Below are positions 28,327 to 38,605 of a stretch of DNA of 64,000 nucleotides, one piece after another (positions within the stretch are counted from its first letter, which is position 1; each line of letters begins with the position of its first letter). The translations under genes and the position numbers were made by a program. Origin of the DNA: Minisyncoccia bacterium (GTDB taxonomy: Bacteria > Patescibacteriota > Minisyncoccia > Phycocordibacterales > CALRBL01); the NCBI GenBank assembly GCA_038227435.1, contig JBBRPW010000001.1:9632-73631 (forward strand). The letters are read 5' to 3'. Below the pieces are notes generated by a model. It saw only the letters and a program-made list of their open reading frames with translations. It was not told the origin of the DNA and searched no databases.

Positions 28327-30735
28327 ATGAAAAAGTCATTTAAGCAAATAGCAGTCATCATTGGAGCCCTTATTTTAGGATTAGGGTCGACATACATTTA
28401 CGCTGCTACGTTTACGGAACCAGCTTGTGCGCCAACAGGATGTAATACATCAGCACCAATTGATGTCAGTGCTGCAGCCCAGTCAAAAACTGGTGGTTTA
28501 ACGCTCTCAGACCCTACAACTGGAATACTGACTGCCAACGGAGGAGCAATAACCGGGGCTTTAGTGAATAATGGAGGTTCGGTACTTGTTGGAAATGTGG
28601 GAGTTGGAACAACAAGTGTTGCTCAAAAAATGACAGTTGATGGAAATCTAAATTTTACAGGTGCCTTAATGACACGTAATAGTGCTGGTGCTCTTGGAAC
28701 AGTGATGTTATCTCAAGGAGCTAAACAATCTCCGATATGGGTGGCAACATCTTCTCTAGGCTTTTCAAATGGAGGGAGCGGTGGAAACGGTGGAGTAAGT
28801 GGAACAGTGGGTACACTTTCTAAATTTATCACGGCATCTTCAGTAGGAAACTCAATTGTTACAGAAGTAGGTCCAAACGTAATTGTAGGATCAGGAGCGG
28901 GAGCAATTCAAATTGGAGGAAGCGACGCAACTCCTCAAGGAATGTGGATTCGAAACGATACAGCAAATCCGGTAATTAGTACAAAAACTGGAGATATGTT
29001 TATGGGATATCAAGGACGTGCTGGGATGACATGGAGGTTTGGTAGTGGAGGAACAGGGGCTTTATTTGCAAATGATATGCCGGCTAACTCATTTACAATA
29101 AATTCTTCCGGATATATTGGTGTCGGAAAAGCTTCAGGATCGATGGCTGGAATTGATGTGAGCGGTCAAGTGCGAGTTGACGGACCAAGTGCTGGAATCA
29201 TATACGCAGACCGATCAACAAACAGACAGTGGCAACTATATGGAACTAGTGATTCTTTCAGATTGTATAATGGAGGAGGAGATGCACTTACTATTGACCC
29301 AAGTGGAAATATTACTGCAGGCGCAATTGGAACAGCAGGATCTTTACCAAGTGATAAACCAGCAGGATGGGCAGGAGGAGTTTCTACATACGACGTAGTC
29401 GCTAAAGCATCGGTACGTGCAAATCAGTTTTGTATAGGAGGCGGAGTAAATTCAACAACACCGGGATCATGTATTACTGCATGGCCCACAGGTGGAAGTG
29501 GTGGAGTAAGTGGAACACTAAATTATCTTGCTAAATTTACACCAAACGGAACGACAGCAGGAAACTCTCAAATTTACGATGATGGAACAAATGTTGGAGT
29601 TGGGAACACAATTCCTGGAGCAAAACTTGATGTTACTGGTAATGTAAAAGCTACTCAATTTTGTTTACCGGGAACTAATCCAACAGGGGGATGTATTTCT
29701 ACTTGGCCTGTAAGTGGAGGATCTGGAACAGTTGGACCTGGAACGGTAAATAAAGTTGCTAAATTTACACCAAATGGAGCAACAGTGGGAGATTCGATCA
29801 TCACGGATAACGGAACAAATGTTAACATTGGAACAGTTGGATCTGCCAAAGCCACACTAACAGTTAATGGTCAAAATGGAGACGCGGTAAATATTTATGC
29901 ACCGTCTGATAATCATCTCGCTATTCAAACCACACTAGATGACAATCCTTTAGGAGTATATGGAGGCGGTCAAAATCAATTATCTCTTCAACCGCTTGTA
30001 GGAAATGTAGGAATCGGAACACTTAACCCAATACGAACATTGGATGTGAAGGGTATTATTCGAACAACAGATGGTAGTCCAACAGGATGGAACTTCTGGG
30101 GTGGGACAAACTTACATATTGGTAATGATGCAAACTATCAAGGATCACCAGCAATCTTTATTCAAGGATCAGATCAAAATGTTGGAATTAACATAACAAA
30201 TCCGGATGAGAAACTAACCGTAACTGGAAACATTAAAGCATCTGGGCAAATGATTTCACAAGGCATTGACGTAGGCGCAGGGCTTGTAGCAGCTGGTTTT
30301 AACGCTAAAAATACAGGAGTATTTAATATGGCAATGACAGGAGGAGCACTTAGTATGTACAATCCAGCAGATGCGGTTCCTGGAGGAAACTTTAGTTTAA
30401 CAATTCTTGGAAGTGCAAATGCGTCAGCTTATTATTACAACTCAGATAAACGACTTAAAAATAATATTAATAATATTGACTCAACAGACGCTCTATCGAA
30501 AATCATAAAACTTCAAGGAGTAACATTTAATTGGAATGCTGATAATCGAAAAGATGTTGGACTTATCGCTCAAGATGTTGAAAAAGTATTTCCAGATGTT
30601 GTAAAAACAAACTCTGATGGATATAAGAGTGTTGAATACGGAAACTTGATAGCACCATTAATTGAATCTGTTAAAGCACAACAGAAAGAAATTGATGCGT
30701 TGAAAAAAGAGATTCAGTCATTAAAAAATAAATAA
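28327..30735 (+). CDS. Large Gly-rich secreted fibre-like protein with a C-terminal peptidase-S74-type intramolecular chaperone (endosialidase / tail-fibre chaperone) domain.
   Basis: C-terminal ...SDKRLKNNINNIDSTDALSKIIKLQGVTFNWNADNRKDVGLIAQDVEKVFPDVV...VEYGNLIAPLIESVKAQQKEIDAL matches the S74 auto-cleaving chaperone consensus. N-terminal signal present. Confidence 0.7.
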   Translation: MKKSFKQIAVIIGALILGLGSTYIYAATFTEPACAPTGCNTSAPIDVSAAAQSKTGGLTLSDPTTGILTANGGAITGALVNNGGSVLVGNVGVGTTSVAQKMTVDGNLNFTGALMTRNSAGALGTVMLSQGAKQSPIWVATSSLGFSNGGSGGNGGVSGTVGTLSKFITASSVGNSIVTEVGPNVIVGSGAGAIQIGGSDATPQGMWIRNDTANPVISTKTGDMFMGYQGRAGMTWRFGSGGTGALFANDMPANSFTINSSGYIGVGKASGSMAGIDVSGQVRVDGPSAGIIYADRSTNRQWQLYGTSDSFRLYNGGGDALTIDPSGNITAGAIGTAGSLPSDKPAGWAGGVSTYDVVAKASVRANQFCIGGGVNSTTPGSCITAWPTGGSGGVSGTLNYLAKFTPNGTTAGNSQIYDDGTNVGVGNTIPGAKLDVTGNVKATQFCLPGTNPTGGCISTWPVSGGSGTVGPGTVNKVAKFTPNGATVGDSIITDNGTNVNIGTVGSAKATLTVNGQNGDAVNIYAPSDNHLAIQTTLDDNPLGVYGGGQNQLSLQPLVGNVGIGTLNPIRTLDVKGIIRTTDGSPTGWNFWGGTNLHIGNDANYQGSPAIFIQGSDQNVGINITNPDEKLTVTGNIKASGQMISQGIDVGAGLVAAGFNAKNTGVFNMAMTGGALSMYNPADAVPGGNFSLTILGSANASAYYYNSDKRLKNNINNIDSTDALSKIIKLQGVTFNWNADNRKDVGLIAQDVEKVFPDVVKTNSDGYKSVEYGNLIAPLIESVKAQQKEIDALKKEIQSLKNK

Positions 30736-30736
30736 T

Positions 30737-31378
30737 ATGTCGACATTGTTTCGAAAAAAAATACCATTCTTTTACGCCGCCGTCATTATCGCCTTAATAG
30801 GTAGTTATATTTCGAGTAGTTTGGTTTTTGCAATTAATACAATCGCAGAAGGATACCGAGTAGATTATCATCAAAGTCCAGCACCAACAATAGATGCACA
30901 TAATATTTGTAAAATAGTAAATAATAATTCAACAGTAAGTAAGGGTGTGTTCGTCCCAACTAAATCAAATAACGAATGGACAACGTTTATTAATAGTAGT
31001 GAGTCTGGATATTTATTGGCTCATGGTGTAACTGTTTCAAACTGTTCACTTCCTTCAAATTGTTATTTATTTGAAGCATATGGTCGTTGCGCTGTTTCTC
31101 AAAGTAGTTGGGCACCAGTTTGTAGTGCAGAAGCTGTAGCAACTACACAAGCTAATGCATGGACAAATATTTCAGCTAGTGACCGAACAGATGGGAAGGC
31201 AGCGATTCAGTACGCAGGTAGTCATTTGCCTTCTGGACCAGGTTCTTGGGACTCTAATTCAGGAATTACTGCATCTGGATGGAATTGGGTTACATCAAAA
31301 GAAATTGAATACTCAAACCAAAAAAATAACCAAGGTCCGGTATATGAAGTTTCCGTATATAAACAAATTTGTTATTAA
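30737..31378 (+). CDS. Hypothetical secreted/membrane protein.
   Basis: N-terminal TM helix. Translationally coupled to the upstream gene (ATAATATG). Confidence 0.5.
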   Translation: MSTLFRKKIPFFYAAVIIALIGSYISSSLVFAINTIAEGYRVDYHQSPAPTIDAHNICKIVNNNSTVSKGVFVPTKSNNEWTTFINSSESGYLLAHGVTVSNCSLPSNCYLFEAYGRCAVSQSSWAPVCSAEAVATTQANAWTNISASDRTDGKAAIQYAGSHLPSGPGSWDSNSGITASGWNWVTSKEIEYSNQKNNQGPVYEVSVYKQICY

Positions 31379-31521
31379 TTCGATATAAGTAGTTAAAATT
31401 TTTAATGAATTAAAATAAAAACTTCTGAAGATTTCAGAAGTTTTTATTTTTCTAATTACGATTACAATTTTGTTAATAATTTGCATTAATTTTTGGCTGA
31501 TCATGATATAATTCGAGTAAC

Positions 31522-33276
31522 ATGTTCATCAATGAACCGCAGTTGCGAAAGTTTATGCTCGACTCTGGATTAGTAAACCAGGAAGATTTAGATGCGGCTC
31601 AAGCAAAAGCTGATGAAAAGAAAATTTCTGTAGGGCAAATTTTGGTGAGCGAGGGAAAATTAAAAGAGGATGATCTTCGTCGCATGCAGGCATATGTTTT
31701 AGGGTTGCCTTTCGTAGAACTTAAAAATATTAAAATTGATTTCAGTATTCTTTCTCTTATTCCAGAGCCAATTGCACGAAATAACAATATTGTGGCATAT
31801 AAACGTTCTGGAGACGCCCTTGAAGTAGCCATGCTTGATGGTGATGACTTAGGTGCAATCGATTTTGTACGTAAAAAAGTAGGACTTCGAATTTTACCCC
31901 GTTTAACAGACGTTGAATCAATGAAGGCGGTCCTCATTCAGTATCAAAAAAGTTTGAAGGCGGATTTTGGCGATATTATTCAAAAAGAAACAGTAAATAT
32001 TAAAGCTATTGCTGACGCAGTAGGGGAAAGTGGTGCGAGCGAATCTGATTTGAAGAAAATGGCCGAGGATTTGCCGGTAATTCGAATTGTAGATACTTTG
32101 TTAAAGCACGCTGTGCTTCAAGATGCATCTGATATTCATATTGAACCCATGGAAACTGAGGTAATTGTTCGATATCGAATCGACGGAATGCTTCATGAGG
32201 CCATGATTTTGCCCAAAACTGCTGGCGATTCTATTACCGCGCGCCTTAAAGTACTTTCTAACCTTAAACTCGACGAAAAACGATTACCGCAAGACGGGCG
32301 GTTTAAGATTGATATGAATGGCGAAAAAGTAGCCTTTCGAGTTTCAATGTTGCCCACATACTATGGCGAAAAAACAGTAATGCGACTTTTGCGAGAAAAT
32401 GTATCTGGATTTACCCTTGAAGGCCTTGGTTTTCATGGAGATGGTTTAGAGCGAATTTATGATGCGACAAAGCTGGCAAACGGACTTATTCTAACTACCG
32501 GGCCAACAGGATCCGGAAAAACAACAACTCTTTACACGGTTTTAGACATTTTAAATACGCCAGATGTAAACATTTCAACTATTGAAGACCCGGTTGAATA
32601 TCAAATGAAGCGAATTAATCAAAGTCAGGTTAAGCCTGAAATTGGATTTACGTTTGCAGCGGGACTTCGTTCATTAGTGCGACAAGACCCGGATATTATT
32701 ATGGTGGGGGAGATTCGAGATACCGAAACGGCATCCTTGGCCATTAATGCTGCGCTTACGGGGCACTTAGTGCTCTCAACTCTCCACACAAACTCTGCAG
32801 CAGGTGCCATCCCGCGTTTGATTGATATGCATTCGGAGCCTTTCTTAATTGTTTCAACTGTTTCTATTATCGTTGCTCAACGACTTATTCGAAAATTAAC
32901 TCCAAATAAAGAAGAATACAATTTAAATGCAGACGAATTAAAACAATTACAAAAATATATCGATTTAGACAAAATGATGGGATTTTTGAAGGCTGAAAAA
33001 CTTGTAAAACCAGCAGCTACTTGGAAAGATGTACCGTTTTTTAGACCAGTAAAATCAGCAGAATCAGAAGACGGGTACGCCGGACGACTTGGAATTCACG
33101 AAGTACTCAAAATGAGTACAGCAATTAAAGAATTGATTATGAAAGGGGGAACAGGAGACCAAATTGAAGCACAGGCTAAGAAAGAGGGAATGATGACGAT
33201 GATTGAAGACGGAATTTTTAAATGTGTCCAGGGAGTTACAACAATTGAAGAGGTACTCCGAGTAGTAACGGAATAA
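31522..33276 (+). CDS. pilB: Type IV pilus assembly ATPase PilB (GspE family).
   Basis: N-terminal GSPII_E_N domain, Walker A GPTGSGKTTTL, Asp box and His box motifs. Confidence 0.9.
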   Translation: MFINEPQLRKFMLDSGLVNQEDLDAAQAKADEKKISVGQILVSEGKLKEDDLRRMQAYVLGLPFVELKNIKIDFSILSLIPEPIARNNNIVAYKRSGDALEVAMLDGDDLGAIDFVRKKVGLRILPRLTDVESMKAVLIQYQKSLKADFGDIIQKETVNIKAIADAVGESGASESDLKKMAEDLPVIRIVDTLLKHAVLQDASDIHIEPMETEVIVRYRIDGMLHEAMILPKTAGDSITARLKVLSNLKLDEKRLPQDGRFKIDMNGEKVAFRVSMLPTYYGEKTVMRLLRENVSGFTLEGLGFHGDGLERIYDATKLANGLILTTGPTGSGKTTTLYTVLDILNTPDVNISTIEDPVEYQMKRINQSQVKPEIGFTFAAGLRSLVRQDPDIIMVGEIRDTETASLAINAALTGHLVLSTLHTNSAAGAIPRLIDMHSEPFLIVSTVSIIVAQRLIRKLTPNKEEYNLNADELKQLQKYIDLDKMMGFLKAEKLVKPAATWKDVPFFRPVKSAESEDGYAGRLGIHEVLKMSTAIKELIMKGGTGDQIEAQAKKEGMMTMIEDGIFKCVQGVTTIEEVLRVVTE

Positions 33277-33333
33277 TAAATTATGTTTTAGAAAATTTGC
33301 GCGCACAGATTTTCTTTGTGATATAATTTTGTT

Positions 33334-34557
33334 ATGAAGTTCTCTTTCACCGCGAAACATGCCGACGGAAAAACATTTAAAGATACTCGCGAATACGCAG
33401 ATAAATTTGCACTGTTCCACGATATTAAAAAAGGCGGAGATGTTTTAATTGAATTTAAAGAGAGCGGCAATGATGATGCCTGGTGGAACCACGTTGATGT
33501 TATTTTTTCAAAAATTTTCGGCTCTGTTAAAATGCAGGAGAAAATTGGTTTTGCTCGTAATTTAAGCAACATGCTAGATGCGGGATTAGCCCTGTCTCGC
33601 TCACTTAACGTGATGGAAAGACAGACTAAAAATAAGAAGATAAAAGCTATTTATTCCCATTTAAACGAGCTAATTAGCCAAGGAAAAACATTTCATGAGG
33701 CTCTCGCAGAATATCCACGTGTATTTAATCAATTATTTGTGTCGATGGTACGTGCTGGAGAAGAATCAGGAACGTTAGCTGCATCACTTAAAGAGGTGAG
33801 TGAGCAGATGGAAAAAACCTACATGCTTAAGAAAAAAATTAAGGGAGCAATGATGTACCCCGGAGTTATTTTTACTGTAATGATTATTATTGGAATTTTG
33901 ATGATGATTTTAGTGGTGCCTCGTCTTACAGCAACTTTTGAAGATTTAAAAGTAGAACTCCCAACCTCAACCAAGGTAATTATTTTTATGAGCCATGTAT
34001 GTAAAGATTATTGGCCGCAAGGAATTGGCGTCCTAATTATTCTAGGATCACTTTTATATGCAGCAGCTCGAACACCTGCAGGAAAAAAAACATTTGATTT
34101 TATTTTTCTCCATCTTCCAATTGTTGGTGAACTTGTTAAACAAACAAATACGGCTCAAACGGCCCGAACTCTCTCGTCATTGCTTCATTCTGGGGTAGAT
34201 GTGATGCTTGCTTCCCAAATTACAGGTGATGTTGTTGGAAATTCATTTTATAAAAAAGTTTTGTATGACATGAAAGAAAAAATTGAGAAAGGGGCGCCAA
34301 TGTCTGAATCGTTTTTAGAAAATGAACATTTATACCCCGTATTCGTGGGTGAAATGGTTTCGGTAGGAGAGGAAACAGGCCGATTGGCAATTATGCTTCA
34401 AGGGGTGGCTGTGTTTTATGAAGGTGAAGTAGAACAAAAAACAAAAGACATGTCGACACTTATTGAGCCTCTTTTAATGGTAGTTATTGGAGGCGCTGTA
34501 GGATTCTTTGCGGTAGCCATGATTACTCCTACATATTCAGTATTAAATAATATTTAG
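33334..34557 (+). CDS. pilC: Type IV pilus inner-membrane platform protein PilC (GspF family).
   Basis: Two T2SSF repeats and three TM segments. Confidence 0.9.
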   Translation: MKFSFTAKHADGKTFKDTREYADKFALFHDIKKGGDVLIEFKESGNDDAWWNHVDVIFSKIFGSVKMQEKIGFARNLSNMLDAGLALSRSLNVMERQTKNKKIKAIYSHLNELISQGKTFHEALAEYPRVFNQLFVSMVRAGEESGTLAASLKEVSEQMEKTYMLKKKIKGAMMYPGVIFTVMIIIGILMMILVVPRLTATFEDLKVELPTSTKVIIFMSHVCKDYWPQGIGVLIILGSLLYAAARTPAGKKTFDFIFLHLPIVGELVKQTNTAQTARTLSSLLHSGVDVMLASQITGDVVGNSFYKKVLYDMKEKIEKGAPMSESFLENEHLYPVFVGEMVSVGEETGRLAIMLQGVAVFYEGEVEQKTKDMSTLIEPLLMVVIGGAVGFFAVAMITPTYSVLNNI

Positions 34558-34563
34558 TTTTCA

Positions 34564-36387
34564 ATGGTATCTTTTAAAAATAATAAATTTAAAGGTGCGC
34601 ACTCTGGTTTTACCCTAATCGAAATTTTAGTGGTAACAGCTATTTTTTTGGTAATCACTCTAGCTATTAGCTATACCTATAACAGAACTATCATGGTTTT
34701 GTCGCTCAATAAGATGAAGATAGATGCGATTGATTTAGCAAATGAACAAATTGAAATTATTCACAATCTTCCTTATGCAGACGTTGGAATTGTTGGAGGA
34801 ATTCCAAATGGAAAAATTGATAATGAAATTATTACTCAACGTGACGGGTCGGCCTATCTACTTAAAACAACGATTCGAAATACAGATGACCCAGCAGACG
34901 GAACCGTTGGAGGAACTCCGAACGATTTGTCTCCTGCCGACTATAAATTAGTAGAAGTTGAAGTGAGTTGTGATACAGCAAAAATAGTTGCTCAATCAAC
35001 TACTACTTCGAGGTGTAGTCAATTTCACCCTGTTGTTCTAACAACAATTATAGCTCCAAAGGCACTCGAAACTGCGTCAACAAACGGAGCTCTTTTCGTA
35101 AAAGTTTTTGATGCAAATGGAATAGCGGTGTCCGGAGCAGATGTGCATATTGTTAATCCATATGGAACTAGCACAATTACGATTGACGATGTAACAGATG
35201 TAAACGGACTTCTTCAAATTATTGATGCACCACCAGGAACTAATGCTTATACAATCAGTGTTACGAAAAGTGGATTTTCAACCGATCAAACCTCTGCAAC
35301 AAGTATGAGTCCGTATAAGCCGCCAGCAACAGTTATCACTCAGCAAGTAACTCAAATAAGTTTTGCCATCGATAGACTTTCAACAGTTACGTATAATACG
35401 GTGAATGCTCAATGTTTACCTCAAGGAAATGTGCCGCTTAAAATTACTAGCTCAAAGTTAATTGCTGCAGGAAAACCAAAATCAACATCAACAATTACTA
35501 CAAATGCTGGGGGAGTGTATACAGCAAACAACATTGAATGGGACACATATGCAATTACACCTGGTAGCTCTACATATGACATTTTAGGAATTAATCCAAT
35601 TTCACCCATTAATGTCCTTCCTGGAAGTACTCAATCGGTAACCGTTATTACTGCGCTTCAAAACCCTAATACAGTGCTTATGGTAGTTAAAGATGCAGGA
35701 ACTGGATTACCTTTATCCGATGCGGTTGTTGATATTACTGGGCCATCAGGAAGCTTTAGTTTACAAACAGGACGAGGGTTTGTACGACAAACAGATTGGT
35801 CGGGAGGTGGTGGGCAAACAGATTGGACATCACAAAATCAATTCTATTCGTCAGCGGGAATCAATTATTCAGGAACTCCTGGCCAAATTAAATTACAAAC
35901 GAGCCTTACATCTGGAAATTTAATTTCTTCGGTAATCGACATGAGTACTTCAACCGACTTCAAACAGATTTTATGGAATCCAACAAATCAGCCAGTTCAA
36001 ACAGGAACTTCGAGTGTTCAAATGCAAATTGCTACTTCGGATACTAATAATGGAACCACAACTTGGAACTATGTAGGACCCGATGGCACTGCGGGAACTT
36101 ATTTTATGGTTGGAACTAACGATATTAATGCTGCACAAAGTGGAAAACAATATTTCAGATATAAGGTATTTCTATCGAGCAATTCATCATCATATACTCC
36201 AAATGTTGCCGATATTTCCGTTACATTTACTTCGGCTTGTGTTCCACCGGGGCAGGTGTTATTTGATGGGCTTACTGCGGGTACTTATTCGTATACAATT
36301 ACACGAAGCGGTTACACCACACAATCAGGAAGTATGACCGTCTCAAGTGGATGGCAAACAATAAGTGTGCCTGTGGCTAGTTTGTAA
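34564..36387 (+). CDS. Large pilin-like protein with a class III signal peptide (prepilin cleavage/methylation motif).
   Basis: N-terminus KGAHSGFTLIEILVVTAIFLV is the canonical G|FTLIE prepilin motif. The large C-terminal part is beta-rich. Confidence 0.7.
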   Translation: MVSFKNNKFKGAHSGFTLIEILVVTAIFLVITLAISYTYNRTIMVLSLNKMKIDAIDLANEQIEIIHNLPYADVGIVGGIPNGKIDNEIITQRDGSAYLLKTTIRNTDDPADGTVGGTPNDLSPADYKLVEVEVSCDTAKIVAQSTTTSRCSQFHPVVLTTIIAPKALETASTNGALFVKVFDANGIAVSGADVHIVNPYGTSTITIDDVTDVNGLLQIIDAPPGTNAYTISVTKSGFSTDQTSATSMSPYKPPATVITQQVTQISFAIDRLSTVTYNTVNAQCLPQGNVPLKITSSKLIAAGKPKSTSTITTNAGGVYTANNIEWDTYAITPGSSTYDILGINPISPINVLPGSTQSVTVITALQNPNTVLMVVKDAGTGLPLSDAVVDITGPSGSFSLQTGRGFVRQTDWSGGGGQTDWTSQNQFYSSAGINYSGTPGQIKLQTSLTSGNLISSVIDMSTSTDFKQILWNPTNQPVQTGTSSVQMQIATSDTNNGTTTWNYVGPDGTAGTYFMVGTNDINAAQSGKQYFRYKVFLSSNSSSYTPNVADISVTFTSACVPPGQVLFDGLTAGTYSYTITRSGYTTQSGSMTVSSGWQTISVPVASL

Positions 36388-36391
36388 CTAT

Positions 36392-37066
36392 ATGAATCTT
36401 TTTAACTTGTTTACAATAAAAAAATATTCTTCAAAACGAAAAAAAGCAGCACAGGCTGGTTTTACCTTAGTTGAATTACTTATAGTACTCTTCATCATTT
36501 CAATTTTGAGTGTAGTAATTGGTGAATTTCAAAGTAAGGTATTTACATATAATCGAATTTTAACTACAGGAAACAATGCACGTTTCGAAGGAACGAAAGT
36601 AGTAAAACAAATTGCGGCCGAAATGAGGGCAATGGGACCATCAAGTGCAGGAGGGTATCCGATTGAAGCGGCAGGAACCAGTTCAATCATTTTTTATAAC
36701 GATGTAGACGATGATGGAATTAAAGAAAGAATTAGATACTACATTTCAGGAAAAACTCTATACAAGGCTTCAATGAAGCCCATCATCGATCAGAACGGTC
36801 AAACACTTACCACTGAAACGATTACAACGGTAATTACAAACGTAATTAACACTTCAGCCGACCCTATATTTAGTTATTTCGATACGAATTATAATGGAGC
36901 TGAATCATCTGCCACAAGTACAGCAGCACTTCCTTTGCCTATAAACATTTCAAAAATTCGGTTAATTCAAATTAGAGTATTAACTGACAACAGTAATAAT
37001 GAACCGCTTGCTCCACTTGAACTTCGCACCCAAACATCAATTCGAAATTTAAAAGACAATTTATAG
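36392..37066 (+). CDS. Type IV pilin / pseudopilin. The start is moved to the internal ATG MNLFN...
   Basis: AQAGFTLVELLIVLFIISILSVVIG prepilin N-terminal domain. Confidence 0.7.
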   Translation: MNLFNLFTIKKYSSKRKKAAQAGFTLVELLIVLFIISILSVVIGEFQSKVFTYNRILTTGNNARFEGTKVVKQIAAEMRAMGPSSAGGYPIEAAGTSSIIFYNDVDDDGIKERIRYYISGKTLYKASMKPIIDQNGQTLTTETITTVITNVINTSADPIFSYFDTNYNGAESSATSTAALPLPINISKIRLIQIRVLTDNSNNEPLAPLELRTQTSIRNLKDNL

Positions 37067-37095
37067 TTACACGTGCCAGTGATATACTTATTACA

Positions 37096-38592
37096 ATGTC
37101 CTTTGTTTTTAAAATAAATAAAAAACAACAAGCCTCTAAAGGATTCTTTTTACTTGGAATTTTAATTTTTGCTTCAATTTCAGCCCTCATGCTTGCGGCA
37201 GTAGTTCAAGGAGCAATCATAAACGTTAAATTAGCAAACAATGCAGTAGATAGAGAGCAGGCTTTTCATATTGCTGAATCGGGAGTTGAATACTATAGAT
37301 GGCATTTAGCGCACTATGCCACCGATTACAATGATGGAAATGGTTCTACATCAACCGGCCCCTATAATCACATTTTTTACAATAAAGTAGGAAAAGCAAT
37401 TGGCGTATACACATTAAATATTACTCCTCCTGTTTCGGGTTCAACTTTAGTTAATATTCAATCAAATGGCATATTAGAAAATGGCGCAAGTACAACGAGA
37501 AAAGTAAAAACTCAATTAGCTATTCCATCTTTGGCGAAATTTGCCGTAGCAGCAAATGATGATATGCGATTTGGAGAAGGAACTGTCGTATATGGTCCCA
37601 TTCACTCAAATCAAGGAATTCGATTCGATGGATTAACATATAATATTATTTCTAGTTCACTTTCTTCTTATAATGACCCAGATCACTCGGGAGCAGTTGA
37701 GTTCGGAGTTCACACTCACGTTATAGCACCGCCCGGCTCTGGTACATATTCAAATTTCGTTGCGGCCGAAGCGCCTGCTAGTAGTGTCCCATCTCGTACC
37801 GATGTTTTTAAAGCCGGTCGAATTTTTCCCGTTTCTTCAATTGATTTTACGGGTTTTACCACAGATCTCTCATCAATGAAGTCAAAAGCGCAAGCAAGCA
37901 GTTCATATTATGCCGCATCAGGAGGTCTTGGATATCGAATTGTACTCAAAATAAATGGGACGTATGACCTGTATAAAGTAAATACCCTAGTTAGTGCAAA
38001 TGCTAGTTGTAGTAATGGAGGTTCGGGTGATGCTACATGGGGAACATGGTCTATTGCAGCGAGTGGAGGAAGTCAAACTTACATAGGTAATTATAGTATT
38101 CCAAATAACAACGTGATCTTCCTAGAAGATAATTTATGGGTAGAGGGGCAAATTAGTAATAAGAGAATTACAATTGCTGCGGGTAAATTTCCAGATAATG
38201 TTGCAACAAGGCCATCAATTACGATAAATAATAATCTGCTCTATACGCTTTATGATGGGAGTGATGCTCTAGCTCTTGTTTCTCAGGGAGATGTGAACGC
38301 TGGACTAAATAGTTTAGATACACTACGAATAGACGGGGCGTTAATCGCTCAAAATGGCCGTGTTGGGCGCCATTATTACAATTCAAGTTGTGGAGCAGCA
38401 TATGTTCGAAACACCCTTACTTTATATGGAATGATTGCCACAAATCAACGATATGGATTTGCTTATACTGATGGAACTGGATATGACACTCGAGTAATTA
38501 CATACGACGGACATTTTTTATATGGCCCTCCTCCAAGTTTTCCTCTTACTTCAAATCAGTATCAAATTATTTCGTGGGAAGAGCTAAAATAG
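37096..38592 (+). CDS. Pilus-associated protein (PilX-like minor pilin candidate).
   Basis: N-terminal hydrophobic segment KGFFLLGILIFASISALMLAAV and its position in the pilus operon; weak. Confidence 0.4.
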   Translation: MSFVFKINKKQQASKGFFLLGILIFASISALMLAAVVQGAIINVKLANNAVDREQAFHIAESGVEYYRWHLAHYATDYNDGNGSTSTGPYNHIFYNKVGKAIGVYTLNITPPVSGSTLVNIQSNGILENGASTTRKVKTQLAIPSLAKFAVAANDDMRFGEGTVVYGPIHSNQGIRFDGLTYNIISSSLSSYNDPDHSGAVEFGVHTHVIAPPGSGTYSNFVAAEAPASSVPSRTDVFKAGRIFPVSSIDFTGFTTDLSSMKSKAQASSSYYAASGGLGYRIVLKINGTYDLYKVNTLVSANASCSNGGSGDATWGTWSIAASGGSQTYIGNYSIPNNNVIFLEDNLWVEGQISNKRITIAAGKFPDNVATRPSITINNNLLYTLYDGSDALALVSQGDVNAGLNSLDTLRIDGALIAQNGRVGRHYYNSSCGAAYVRNTLTLYGMIATNQRYGFAYTDGTGYDTRVITYDGHFLYGPPPSFPLTSNQYQIISWEELK

Positions 38593-38605
38593 GTATAATA
38601 GAAAG

